From Patescibacteria group bacterium (GTDB lineage: Bacteria > Patescibacteriota > Microgenomatia > UBA8517): DNA of 64,000 nucleotides. Positions 39,768 to 49,338 of this stretch are shown here, piece by piece (positions within the stretch are counted from its first letter, which is position 1; each line of letters begins with the position of its first letter). A program made the position numbers and the translations under genes. The stretch lies in contig DATDRP010000006.1 of NCBI GenBank assembly GCA_035291665.1, forward strand, positions 209,255-273,254. The letters run 5' to 3'. The notes under the pieces were generated by a model. That model worked only from the letters and a program-made list of their open reading frames with translations, had not been told where the DNA came from and did no database searches.

Positions 39768-40202
39768 CTAGCTATCCACCGCTGTTGTTTTATCTTCCGC
39801 GACCGCAAGCTTTTGCAAAAGTTTTGCAAACTCTTTCATTTTTTTACCTAAAGCCCGATTTCCTGAATTTACGTTTGAAAGCTCCCGTGATTCATCAAGA
39901 TTTACAAGTTTTAAATCGTGTTTTGATATTATGCCACATCGGGCTAAGTGACGTATGGAACGGTTTAAAAAATGGGAACTTGTTACTATTTTTTCCGGAA
40001 GTAATGAAACGATGGAGTCATCTCCATATTGTTCTATTAAATCAATATGACTTTTGGCCCAAGCAGTCCGTTTTTCTCTCGGATCACGTGGTAAATTTTC
40101 AAGATACTTAAGAAGCTCTTCTTTTAATTTAAGGTGATCATCTGTAGTTTCTTGATCAAAAGTATTCCTTCCCGACTCCATATTTTCTAACATTGTATGC
40201 AA
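39768..40202 (-). CDS. Hypothetical protein (cassette 2)
   Basis: ORF fills the interval between repeats 2 and 3; true start may be ATG 40193. Confidence 0.65.
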   Translation of the reverse strand: MHTMLENMESGRNTFDQETTDDHLKLKEELLKYLENLPRDPREKRTAWAKSHIDLIEQYGDDSIVSLLPEKIVTSSHFLNRSIRHLARCGIISKHDLKLVNLDESRELSNVNSGNRALGKKMKEFAKLLQKLAVAEDKTTAVDS

Positions 40203-40284
40203 TTATACTTCGAGCTTATATGAAAATCGAAGAAATAGGGAAAAGGGTATAGGGTGTAAAGCTAATTGCACCCTAAGGGTGCAG
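40202..40284. repeat. Cassette-boundary repeat copy 3 (long form)
   Basis: ATTATACTTCGAG...AATCGAAGAAATAGGGAAAAGGGTATAGGGTGTAA-AGCTAA-TTGCACCCTAAGGGTGCAG. Confidence 0.9.
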
Positions 40285-40329
40285 CGTTACAAATTTGAGA
40301 TTGGAATTTTAATATTATAAAATACCCGC

Positions 40330-40761
40330 ATGTCGATAGAACAAGATGGTGATAAAAACGAAGTGGAAGAATATCGCAAAAGAGTTGAAAGATTTATAAA
40401 GAGTGTTCTGAAGGAAAATATTTCAGATGCTGATGATGAAATTGTTGAAAAAGCACTTCCTATAGCTGTTGATTTATTTTTAGAAGCCAAAATGTTTTAC
40501 GAATTGGAGGAAAAAACTCTGAGGGCTACAATTGAATTTGCAGAAGCAGGTGAATACGAGCGAGCGCAAACATCTTCAAACGTCTCAAATTTTTTTCAGG
40601 AAAAACGAACAAAAACCCTTACAAAGCTCCAGGCTATAGGCGGATTGATTAATAATACCAGACACGTAAGTAAATACGGTGTGAATGATGTAATTGATAA
40701 TTTGTCTGATACTCCTTTCTTATACCTTTCGCCTCAAACAATTGTTGTAAGGGAAGAATAA
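40330..40761 (+). CDS. Hypothetical protein (cassette 3)
   Basis: 143-aa ORF between repeats 3 and 4. Confidence 0.7.
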   Translation: MSIEQDGDKNEVEEYRKRVERFIKSVLKENISDADDEIVEKALPIAVDLFLEAKMFYELEEKTLRATIEFAEAGEYERAQTSSNVSNFFQEKRTKTLTKLQAIGGLINNTRHVSKYGVNDVIDNLSDTPFLYLSPQTIVVREE

Positions 40762-40817
40762 ACAATAACTAAGGAAGAATATTTATAGGGGGTGTATTAG
40801 TAAATCATCCTGCGGTG

Positions 40818-40900
40818 ATTATAATTCGAGATTAAGAGAAAGTTGAAGAGTATGGGAAAAGGGTATAGGGTGTAAAGCTAATTGAACCCTTAGGGTGTGT
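40818..40900. repeat. Cassette-boundary repeat copy 4 (long form)
   Basis: ATTATAATTCGAG...AGTTGAAGAGTATGGGAAAAGGGTATAGGGTGTAA-AGCTAA-TTGAACCCTTAGGGTGTGT. Confidence 0.9.
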
Positions 40901-40986
40901 CGATTAAATATGTAATTTTAGAAGATATAATATAATCAATAGAAACCGTTCGCATATATGATTTCAAAAAATCACAATAATTCTAT

Positions 40987-41793
40987 ATGACCTATAAGGA
41001 ACCAGAGGACAATAATTCTTATCCGGTTGACTGGGAAAAACTTGTCGGAGAACAAGCGCGGCGGTTGCAGTTAGAAAAAGATGCCAAAAAAGGAATAGAA
41101 AAAGAAAGTGATGATAAAGCGGTCCGTTTTTTGCAAGAAATCGGGGCTAATGAATTATTAACCCAAATAAGAGATCAAGTCTGGAAAGCGGGTAGTGTAA
41201 TTCCAGTTTTTCCCGGAAGTAAAATCTACAAGCCTGGGTTTATGGAAACCTTTTGGTGGGCTTATAAAAGTAAAGAAGAATTAGGTTTGATACCAAAGAA
41301 TTGGTGGAAAAATGATTATATATATCGAAAACAAGCTCGGGAAATGAAAGGACCCTTTGGTGAAGCTGGTATTGCTTTGTGTTTAGCATGGGAAGAGAAA
41401 GCTATGTTTATAAGAAGTAATCCTGATCCCGAAGAAAGAGCCGAAGAAGGAATTAAAATCGTCCAAGCAGATGACCCGATTGTGATTAGATGCGCTTATT
41501 TGGGAATTGAGAATAACTACGCGCTTGGTGTAGCAAGGGGAGGGAGGAAAAAGTATCTAAATGATAATATAGGATATCTCCCAGTTTCGAGAATAACTAC
41601 ATTCGGAGTAGTACCAGATTTTGATCGACAAGAAGTTGGATTAACCGGCACATTTTTCGTACCCGAAGAATCGAATCCGAGGAAAAAATTGATTGAAGAA
41701 CTTGTCAAAAAAATATTACCGAATGAAGATTACAGTAGAGTGAAAGAGACAGAAGTCCATTCTTTTTCCCCCATCATTGAACTTTACGAATAA
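40987..41793 (+). CDS. Hypothetical protein (cassette 4)
   Basis: 268-aa ORF between repeats 4 and 5. Confidence 0.7.
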   Translation: MTYKEPEDNNSYPVDWEKLVGEQARRLQLEKDAKKGIEKESDDKAVRFLQEIGANELLTQIRDQVWKAGSVIPVFPGSKIYKPGFMETFWWAYKSKEELGLIPKNWWKNDYIYRKQAREMKGPFGEAGIALCLAWEEKAMFIRSNPDPEERAEEGIKIVQADDPIVIRCAYLGIENNYALGVARGGRKKYLNDNIGYLPVSRITTFGVVPDFDRQEVGLTGTFFVPEESNPRKKLIEELVKKILPNEDYSRVKETEVHSFSPIIELYE

Positions 41794-42000
41794 GTAGTTT
41801 AATTACAATTGAAGCCTCAAACAAATCATTAAAGGTCATAGACAAATATAAAAAGTGAGTCAAATCATAATCCTGAACCTGGTCGAAGGACTACAGATCT
41901 GCATTGTGGCGAGTAGATCGACTTCGCAGAGTTTGACTTAAACCTTCTTGATAGTCGGTATTTGGTTTTACTCTCAACTATTACTATCCCAAAAGGAAAA

Positions 42001-42022
42001 GTATTTGCACCCTAAGGGTGTA
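42001..42022. repeat. Cassette-boundary repeat copy 5 (short form)
   Basis: GTATTTGCACCCTAAGGGTGTAA. Confidence 0.88.
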
Positions 42023-42094
42023 ACATTAAAGTTTTTTTGTATAACAAAAAAAATATTGATTTGGAATAAATATAGGGTATAACAATCGATTACA

Positions 42095-42400
42095 ATGACA
42101 AAAAAAGGAACCTTGGGTTTTATTCAAAATACAGGGACAAAAGAAAACGGTGGAATTATTGTTGCATCCGATGATCCGAATGAAATTAAAAAACAGCTTG
42201 AAGAAGCTTTGGAATTAGCCCAATCTCAGGAAGGGTCCGGAAGAAAAGAATTTGATTTGGATGTTATCAAAAGTATGCTTGCAAGAGCAGAGAATGGATC
42301 AGAAGTATTTGAGGTACTAGAAAAATTAGAACAATTATTGCGGCTGGGTAAAGAAGCTCAAAAAAAGCCTATAGGATTTGAAATTCCAAAAAAAATATAA
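42095..42400 (+). CDS. Hypothetical protein
   Basis: 101-aa ORF with promoter-like TTGATT...TATAAC upstream. Confidence 0.65.
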   Translation: MTKKGTLGFIQNTGTKENGGIIVASDDPNEIKKQLEEALELAQSQEGSGRKEFDLDVIKSMLARAENGSEVFEVLEKLEQLLRLGKEAQKKPIGFEIPKKI

Positions 42401-42485
42401 TTCCTTTTTAGAATTCTTAAAATTTTCTGTGAAATCTTTTTTTCAAAGCTTTCTTCAAAAGATTCGATTTATTCAGCTTTTTTTA

Positions 42486-43832
42486 TTACAAATCAAATTC
42501 CTGATTTAATTGGGGGAGAAAGACCTCTTTTATTCCAAGTTCCTCTGATATTTTTTTGGAAAACACCGAGCGGACCTTGTCCTCCCCGTGTGTGACAAAA
42601 ACCTTTTTGATATTTTTAATGTGTCCAAGCCAATTTAAGAGTTGTTTTTGGTCCGCGTGAGAGCTCATCGCATCGGTAAAATTGACAGTTGCCTTGACAG
42701 AAATATTGACATTATCGATATTTACACTTTTATCTCCATCCAGAAGTTCGCGGCCAAGCGTATCTTCTCCCTGATAACCGACGATAAATAGCCGGGTCGA
42801 GAGCATGGGCAAATAATGTGCGGCGTGACCCAGGATCCTCCCGCCGGACATCATTCCGCTTCCGGCAATAATTACTTTGGAGCCGGTTTGTTCATGAACA
42901 GCCTGACTTTCTTTCCAATCATTTATAATTACAAGTCCGGGAAAATCGAAAGGGGAACCGAATTTCAAATCGTCCTGGATATGAGGATTAAATAGCTTTG
43001 AATACTCCAAATAATCCAAAGTCGCTTTTTGTGCCATTGGGCTGTCCAGATATACGGTGGTCTGATTCTTAACCTTTCCTGACTTTTTCAAATGTTTTAT
43101 AAGATGAAGTATTTCCTGGGTTCGATCAAGTGAAAAAGCCGGAATAAGAAGAGTTCCGCCCGATGTTTCAACAGCATTTATTTCTGATCCCAAAGCAATT
43201 GAGGGGTCCGATTTTTCATGGAGTCGATCGCCGTAGGTGGACTCGATAACCACCGCATCCGCAAAGTTAAGATATTCGGTTTCCTGTAAAAGATCCTCCG
43301 GAGTATTTCCCAAGTCCCCGCTAAAAATTATTTTCCGGTAGTTTCCTTTGGCGGTATTATCCACGATCTCCAAACTGGCCGATCCTAAAATATGCCCATC
43401 GTCATGAAATGTAACACTAAAATCACCTATTTGAAAAGGTGTCCGGTATTCGACAGTTTCGAACTTCTGAATTGTTTTTACTGCCATTTCTTCGTCGTAT
43501 AAAAATTCCCTGTCATCTTTTTGAGCAATTCTTGCGCTGTCCAAAAGTGACAGTTCCGTAAGGGCCCTGGTTGCAGGGGTCATCCTGATAGTACTTTTAT
43601 AGCCATTTTTTAAAAGTATAGGAAGTCGTCCGCAATGGTCCAAGTGTGCATGGGTGAGAACGGCGCTTGTAAGGGTGGTGACATCAAAATCGAACGGTTG
43701 GTAATTCAGTTCTTCATATTTGGTTCCCTGAAACATGCCAAGGTCGATAAGTATGGATTGTCCCGAATCGCCGGTTAAAATGTAACAAGATCCGGTTACA
43801 GAACCCGATGCCCCCAAAAATTTGACCTTCAT
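42486..43832 (-). CDS. MBL-fold beta-CASP ribonuclease
   Basis: GSVTGSC, THAHLDHCG, GHILGS, FSGDLG, ESTYG, AGSGMMSGGR, SSHAD, HGE. Confidence 0.92.
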   Translation of the reverse strand: MKVKFLGASGSVTGSCYILTGDSGQSILIDLGMFQGTKYEELNYQPFDFDVTTLTSAVLTHAHLDHCGRLPILLKNGYKSTIRMTPATRALTELSLLDSARIAQKDDREFLYDEEMAVKTIQKFETVEYRTPFQIGDFSVTFHDDGHILGSASLEIVDNTAKGNYRKIIFSGDLGNTPEDLLQETEYLNFADAVVIESTYGDRLHEKSDPSIALGSEINAVETSGGTLLIPAFSLDRTQEILHLIKHLKKSGKVKNQTTVYLDSPMAQKATLDYLEYSKLFNPHIQDDLKFGSPFDFPGLVIINDWKESQAVHEQTGSKVIIAGSGMMSGGRILGHAAHYLPMLSTRLFIVGYQGEDTLGRELLDGDKSVNIDNVNISVKATVNFTDAMSSHADQKQLLNWLGHIKNIKKVFVTHGEDKVRSVFSKKISEELGIKEVFLPQLNQEFDL

Positions 43833-43887
43833 ACTATTTATATTTTATCACTTCCAGCCTCGAGTTGACAGAAAATTATTTTTATTA

Positions 43888-44451
43888 TTAAGGAGATTTA
43901 TCAAACCTTCCGATTTTAGGGTTTATATATCCTTTTGGCCATATATAATTGCCTTTCATTTTTTGTTCGTAAACAGTAAATGGTTCCAAACCCATCTTTT
44001 TTCTTTTATTATCAAGCATTTTGTTGTCCTTAATTGGTCTTGGGGTTGGTTCACCTTTCTTATTTTGATAAAACTGTGTACCGTATGTTTGCTGTCTGCC
44101 TCTATTTACAGCAACTCTGTCTGTTAAGTAGGCAATATTTGCCGGTAAAACATCGTTATTGGACTTAAGTATTAACTTTAAACATTCTTCCTGAAAATTA
44201 ACATTGTGATCCGCATGTTGAGCAATTAACCATGCAGCATAGGAAGCTTCTTCACCAACTGAACTTATTGTTGGCCAGCCATTGATCTCTTTTAGAATTT
44301 GCTTTAAACGTGTGGAATTATTTTCATCTATATTTTTATCAAATGTACTTTTACCAGATTGAGAATCCTTCCGCATCTTTTGGTCAGCTTCGGCCATCGC
44401 AATAATTTCTTTTGAAAGATCTGGATATTTCATATTTGTATTATAATTCAT
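43888..44451 (-). CDS. DUF6624-like protein
   Basis: DQ..R, GWP, AWLIAQHAD, YLTDRV...QTYGTQ. Confidence 0.78.
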   Translation of the reverse strand: MNYNTNMKYPDLSKEIIAMAEADQKMRKDSQSGKSTFDKNIDENNSTRLKQILKEINGWPTISSVGEEASYAAWLIAQHADHNVNFQEECLKLILKSNNDVLPANIAYLTDRVAVNRGRQQTYGTQFYQNKKGEPTPRPIKDNKMLDNKRKKMGLEPFTVYEQKMKGNYIWPKGYINPKIGRFDKSP

Positions 44452-44457
44452 CTTAAG

Positions 44458-45033
44458 ATGAAAGATAAAAAGAAAAAGTGGGTAAACCTTATGAAGAAAT
44501 ATTCCGAGTTTGGGGATAAGTTGGGTAAAGGAATCGACAAAGGAATTCTTGAGACAGTAGTTGTTTTGAATGCGTTAGGTATAAATACGGATCAGTCGTG
44601 TGAGGGACATCTAAAATGGGGAACTTGTGCACCCTGGGTGGATATTAAAGCACCCAATACACAGAAACTTGAAGATGAATTACAAAAATATTGGGATGAA
44701 GCAGAATCATTGTCAAATAGAGGTAAAAGTCATGACGTAACGGATAAATTATTTAGTAAATTTCACAAACTAAGAGTAAAGCTGAAATCAACAAATATGG
44801 CCCCCGCGCAAAAACTTCTGGATTTCTTATCTGAGTTTTATGGTGATAGAAATTCGGAGTACAAAACCAGATTAATGCTTTCTTTTACCCCAAAAGGGTT
44901 GGGAAGACTGGAATCTCAAGGAGCTGCTTTTCAGGAAGTGTTACCGATTGGTCAAAGAAAAAGAAATCTATTAGTATACGAGAAAGAAATGCATGAATTT
45001 ACAGAGTTTCTGAAAAAGAAAATCTTCAACTAA
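44458..45033 (+). CDS. Hypothetical protein (T..SCEGH motif)
   Basis: IDKGI...LN..G..T..SCEGH. Confidence 0.7.
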   Translation: MKDKKKKWVNLMKKYSEFGDKLGKGIDKGILETVVVLNALGINTDQSCEGHLKWGTCAPWVDIKAPNTQKLEDELQKYWDEAESLSNRGKSHDVTDKLFSKFHKLRVKLKSTNMAPAQKLLDFLSEFYGDRNSEYKTRLMLSFTPKGLGRLESQGAAFQEVLPIGQRKRNLLVYEKEMHEFTEFLKKKIFN

Positions 45034-45101
45034 ATAAAAATATCTTTAGTTTCGCATCATCACCTGAAATAGTAGTTTGTTTATTAATTACGAGAGTTAT
45101 C

Positions 45102-45539
45102 TTACTTCCCTTCAATTACTTCAGCTTGTGGTACTGGATAATCTCTTTTTATTGCCTCTGTTATTTCATTTGTTTTATCTTTTATTTCTTCTATTCTATT
45201 GACGGAATCGGATTTTCCAGAATAAATGCTTTCTGCGAATGCTTTTGCATGTTGAACAGATAATTCTTGTGTTGCTCCCAAAATTCCAAATACTTGAATA
45301 GATCGCCTGTCTAGATTTCCTTCATCAATTTTGTTAATTAAATTATCATAAACTTGAATATCACCAGTTTTATGTTCTTCAGTCCAATCCTTCATGTCCA
45401 ATAAGTATCCTTTTGCTAAACCAACAACGTCTTCTTCTGTATATCTCTTTTCAGTTGCTGTTTCCCCGCGGTTGATTATTTCACCCTTTTCATTAAATCT
45501 AGTACCCAAACCTGACTGTTGTTCTGTATCTTCTGACAT
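45102..45539 (-). CDS. Hypothetical protein
   Basis: 145-aa ORF with AGGAGGTGA SD. Confidence 0.72.
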   Translation of the reverse strand: MSEDTEQQSGLGTRFNEKGEIINRGETATEKRYTEEDVVGLAKGYLLDMKDWTEEHKTGDIQVYDNLINKIDEGNLDRRSIQVFGILGATQELSVQHAKAFAESIYSGKSDSVNRIEEIKDKTNEITEAIKRDYPVPQAEVIEGK

Positions 45540-45595
45540 TTATATCACCTCCTACTATTATTTATTAACCCAACAATTATTTTCTATATCTTATC

Positions 45596-46036
45596 TCATG
45601 CGACATCCTTAATAAAATAGGATTTCCCTTCTTTCACCCTGTATTCTTTAAACCCTCTTTTCAAACAAAAAGAATACATATTTGCAAATTTATTTTTATA
45701 GGTATTTAAAGTTAAATGATTGTATTTTTTATCGATCGCAAACTTTAAAATAGCTTCATACATTTCTTTCCACACACCAAACCCCCTGTAATTTTCCAAT
45801 ACTCCGGCGTTCCAAATATGAAAGTTTTCTTCTTTCGGATAACAAATAGAAAAACCTACCATTTTTTTATTGTTCCAAACAGTAAGCAAAAGACCGACAT
45901 TATTTATCTTATTCAACCAATCGTCTCTGTTGTGATATTTTTTGATTTCTTCAGAAGTAGGTTTGAAAACTTGCTTGGAAAGATACAAAGCGTTATCCAG
46001 CTCCTCAATTTTGTTTTTGTGGAGTGTAATTTTCAT
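45596..46036 (-). CDS. GNAT family N-acetyltransferase
   Basis: GVLENYRGFGV, LTLNT, RGF. Confidence 0.8.
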   Translation of the reverse strand: MKITLHKNKIEELDNALYLSKQVFKPTSEEIKKYHNRDDWLNKINNVGLLLTVWNNKKMVGFSICYPKEENFHIWNAGVLENYRGFGVWKEMYEAILKFAIDKKYNHLTLNTYKNKFANMYSFCLKRGFKEYRVKEGKSYFIKDVA

Positions 46037-46179
46037 AATGCCCTACGTTGAGCAGCTCTGTCTGGAAACATTCGAGCCCATAACCAATTTAACCAAGTGT
46101 ATCACAGTTGAGGCTAAATCCCCCTTCGCTTTCAGCTTCGGTGGGACTAGTGAGACATTTAGGACAGTTAAAAAGAGTA

Positions 46180-46446
46180 TTACCTGTTGGCAAAGTAATT
46201 GTAGACCTTTGCAAACAAGTAGCCTGTTAACCATGCAGCAACGGTTAAAGATACAAGCCCTAATACAAACGAGCCCAACGATAAGCTCCATCCTGTTACC
46301 TTGCTAATCTCAAGACCATGAAACCAAGATTGAGCTATGGACATAGATAAATCAGGGAACAAAGAAACCGCAATTCGGCAAAAGACATAAAGAATAGCGC
46401 TGGTGACTGAAACCGCATTTGCTGTAGATGTTGGACTATGCTTCAT
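46180..46446 (-). CDS. DUF5676-like small membrane protein
   Basis: YVFC...WFHG...GYLFAKVYN; GGGGGTGA SD. Confidence 0.72.
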   Translation of the reverse strand: MKHSPTSTANAVSVTSAILYVFCRIAVSLFPDLSMSIAQSWFHGLEISKVTGWSLSLGSFVLGLVSLTVAAWLTGYLFAKVYNYFANR

Positions 46447-46486
46447 AAAAGATTCACCCCCTGTATCATTTCACTTAATTAAATAG

Positions 46487-48721
46487 TTAGCTTTCTAATC
46501 TTGTATTTTTTAATGTAAGTGCATTTGCAACAACTATAAGAGACGATGTGCTCATAAGAAGAGCACCCCATTCAGGCCGAAGCAAGACGCCGTATGGATA
46601 CAAAACTCCTGCAGCAAGGGGAATTGCAATAATGTTATATCCTGCAGCCCATGCAAGATTCTGTTTCATCTTTCTGTCAGTCTTGCGGCTTAAAGTTATT
46701 GCCTTAACAATATCCTGAGGATTACTTTTTACTAATACAATTTCCGCTGATTCTATCGCAACGGAAGTTCCTGCTCCTATTGCAATTCCGATGTGAGCCT
46801 GGGTTAATGCCGGGGCATCATTTACACCATCTCCGACCATTCCGACAATATATCCTTTATCCTGAAGCTCTTTTACTTTATTGGTTTTTTGGTCAGGTAA
46901 AACTTCTGAGAATACTTTATCTATTCCAAGATTTTTACCAACCATATCAGCGACTTCTTTTTTATCTCCGGTTAACATCGCGACCCGTATTCCCATTTTA
47001 TGAAATGAATCGATAGCATTTTTGGATTCCTTTCTAATTTTGTCTTCTAAAATTATTGCGCCGATTATTTTGTTTTCATTAGACACATAAACAACCGTTC
47101 CGACTAAATCAGTGGGGAGCGTGATTTTTTCGATGTTGATATTTTTATCTTTCATCATCATCCTGTTTCCTACATATACTTTTTCTCCACTAACAATCCC
47201 TTCAGCTCCTTTTCCCGGAAACGACTTAAATTCAGTTGCAGGACTTACATCAACACCATTTTCTTTTGCATAGTTAACTACTCCTTGGGCAATTGAATGT
47301 TGGGAATGCAGTTCGACAGCGGACGCAAGTTTAAGAAGTTGTTTTTCATCCAGACCGGTAGTAATTATTTTTGAAACACCATATTTCCCTTCGGTTAAGG
47401 TACCGGTTTTATCTAACACCAAATACTGAAGTTTTCTGGCAATTTCCAAACCTTTCATATCCCGAATTAAAATCCCGTTTTTAGCAGCCAAAGAAGATGT
47501 AATAGTGGTGACAGTAGGAATGGCTAACCCTAAAGCATGTGGACAAGCAATAACGACAACAGTTATCGCTAGTGTTGCAGCAAAAACTACGCCTTGGGGA
47601 CTTACAAATATCCAATAAATAAACGTTCCCGTTCCAACCGTAATTGCGGTTAAGGTCAACACGTTTGCTGCTTTATCCGCCAGTTCCTGAACTTTGGGTT
47701 TTGTATTTTGCGCTTGTCGTATTAAATCCATAATTTGCGCAATAGCTGATTCGGCTCCGGTTTTGGTAATCCTAACTGTTAACGAACCATCGTTGTTAAT
47801 TGAACCACCTATAACATCGCTATTTGCCTCTTTGGTGATTGGTCGTGATTCGCCGGTTATCATTGATTCATCGACCGAGGATATCCCATCAGTTACGATA
47901 CCGTCTGCAGGGATCCGTTCACCCGGCTTTACTAGAATGACATCGCCTTTCTGAAGCTCGTTTGTGGGAACATCTTTTATTTCCTGTTTACCCTTCGTAG
48001 CTTCAGCGTAGTCGGGTTTTTCTCCAATAGTCAGTAAATGTGCAGTGTCGGGAATAAGTTTTGCCAACTCCCGAAGGGCACCACCTGTTCCGATTACCGC
48101 TCTCATTTCCATCCAATGACCGAAAAGAAATGCTAATGCCAATGTTGAAATTTCCCACCACAAAGACTCACCTGTAAAAAAGAAAGTAGCAGCAGTACTG
48201 AATAGATATCCAGCTGATAATGCAAGAGAAACCAAAGACATCATTCCGAAATTGCTGGTTATAATTTCGCTTTTTGCAGCAGAAAAGAATGGTTTACCGC
48301 CATATACCACAATTAGAGTTCCTAAAAGAAATAGCAATATTTCGTGCCCAAGAAAGACCAAAGTAAATCCCAACCATTCCTGAATCTGCATCGAAAGTAG
48401 AAGAACAAAAATCGTTAGAGGTAAAACTACAAAAAATCTTTTTCTAAAATCATCAGCCATCATTCTGTGGTGCTCCATAGGATCCCCTCCGTCGTTATGT
48501 TTATGGTTTTGGCGGGCAGGCATTCCTTCATGATGTCCCTGATGTGAAGAGAACCTTTCCGTTTCCGCTTTTTTTGCATTATGTCCATCATGAGCCATAT
48601 CCACTCCATGATTTTCCTGTTTTGAATCTTTAACTTCTTGGAGATCCATCCCGCACTTCGGGCATTTTCCAGGTTTGTCACTAGTAACCTCGCTGTGCAT
48701 TGGGCAAGTAAATGTTTTCAT
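46487..48721 (-). CDS. copB: Copper-translocating P1B-type ATPase (CPH type) with CPMH/His-rich N-terminus
   Basis: TCPMH...CPKCGM, TGES, ACPHALGLA, DKTGT, GDGVNDAP, YN. Confidence 0.92.
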   Translation of the reverse strand: MKTFTCPMHSEVTSDKPGKCPKCGMDLQEVKDSKQENHGVDMAHDGHNAKKAETERFSSHQGHHEGMPARQNHKHNDGGDPMEHHRMMADDFRKRFFVVLPLTIFVLLLSMQIQEWLGFTLVFLGHEILLFLLGTLIVVYGGKPFFSAAKSEIITSNFGMMSLVSLALSAGYLFSTAATFFFTGESLWWEISTLALAFLFGHWMEMRAVIGTGGALRELAKLIPDTAHLLTIGEKPDYAEATKGKQEIKDVPTNELQKGDVILVKPGERIPADGIVTDGISSVDESMITGESRPITKEANSDVIGGSINNDGSLTVRITKTGAESAIAQIMDLIRQAQNTKPKVQELADKAANVLTLTAITVGTGTFIYWIFVSPQGVVFAATLAITVVVIACPHALGLAIPTVTTITSSLAAKNGILIRDMKGLEIARKLQYLVLDKTGTLTEGKYGVSKIITTGLDEKQLLKLASAVELHSQHSIAQGVVNYAKENGVDVSPATEFKSFPGKGAEGIVSGEKVYVGNRMMMKDKNINIEKITLPTDLVGTVVYVSNENKIIGAIILEDKIRKESKNAIDSFHKMGIRVAMLTGDKKEVADMVGKNLGIDKVFSEVLPDQKTNKVKELQDKGYIVGMVGDGVNDAPALTQAHIGIAIGAGTSVAIESAEIVLVKSNPQDIVKAITLSRKTDRKMKQNLAWAAGYNIIAIPLAAGVLYPYGVLLRPEWGALLMSTSSLIVVANALTLKNTRLES

Positions 48722-49221
48722 TTTTCTTTTGAAGTTTTAAAGTGTTCGTCAACCCCTTTGATCATTTGTTTTACACACCACTTTGCATAAATACTACCGA
48801 GTAATAGCCCCAGTAATTTAGTAAAGAATGGTTTTGGTAAATTGTAATCAATGTAAACCTTCAATAGTGAATTTTCTTTTTCTGGTTTAATTTCAAAACC
48901 TAATTTATAGTGGTCAACAACAAGAAGGTTGATATTTCCAACGGTTTTCCATTCTTTGTGGTTGGGAGGGGAGTACTTCGTAATCGCTTCATCTAAAAAT
49001 AAGTTAAATCCAAAGACTTTTCCATGTAACTTAATATGCGAACCTAGCTTTTGTCCTTTGCCTTCATCCATTTCAGTTTCCATACTTCCGCCACCCATCA
49101 TCCAGGACGACTTATTCATGTGTGCGGAAAAATTTTTATGATTGTCAGCAAAGTTAAAGATTTCGTCAGGTGTTGCAGACACCAATACGGATTCTTCGTA
49201 ATGTTTACCAAAATCGGTCAT
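48718..49221 (-). CDS. SRPBCC family protein
   Basis: ESVLVSATPDEIFNF..D; START-like size and pattern. Confidence 0.7.
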   Translation of the reverse strand: MTDFGKHYEESVLVSATPDEIFNFADNHKNFSAHMNKSSWMMGGGSMETEMDEGKGQKLGSHIKLHGKVFGFNLFLDEAITKYSPPNHKEWKTVGNINLLVVDHYKLGFEIKPEKENSLLKVYIDYNLPKPFFTKLLGLLLGSIYAKWCVKQMIKGVDEHFKTSKEK

Positions 49222-49257
49222 GTGCTTTAATGATACATTAATAGTAACTTTCTAAGC

Positions 49258-49274
49258 ATGAACTTTCTGTGAAG
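49258..49274 (-). promoter_or_regulatory. OmpR/PhoB-type direct-repeat box 1
   Basis: CTTCAC-N5-GTTCAT, 11 nt upstream of TACTAT. Confidence 0.6.
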
Positions 49275-49338
49275 ATTTAATCCTTTGAGCAACATTCCAT
49301 TTCAGACGTAATATTGTACTTATTTGACCATTAAGGAT

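Noticed and set aside
38840-42022. CRISPR interpretation of the palindromic repeats
   Set aside because: Intervals are 0.5-1.1 kb, unequal and gene-containing; no cas genes in the window
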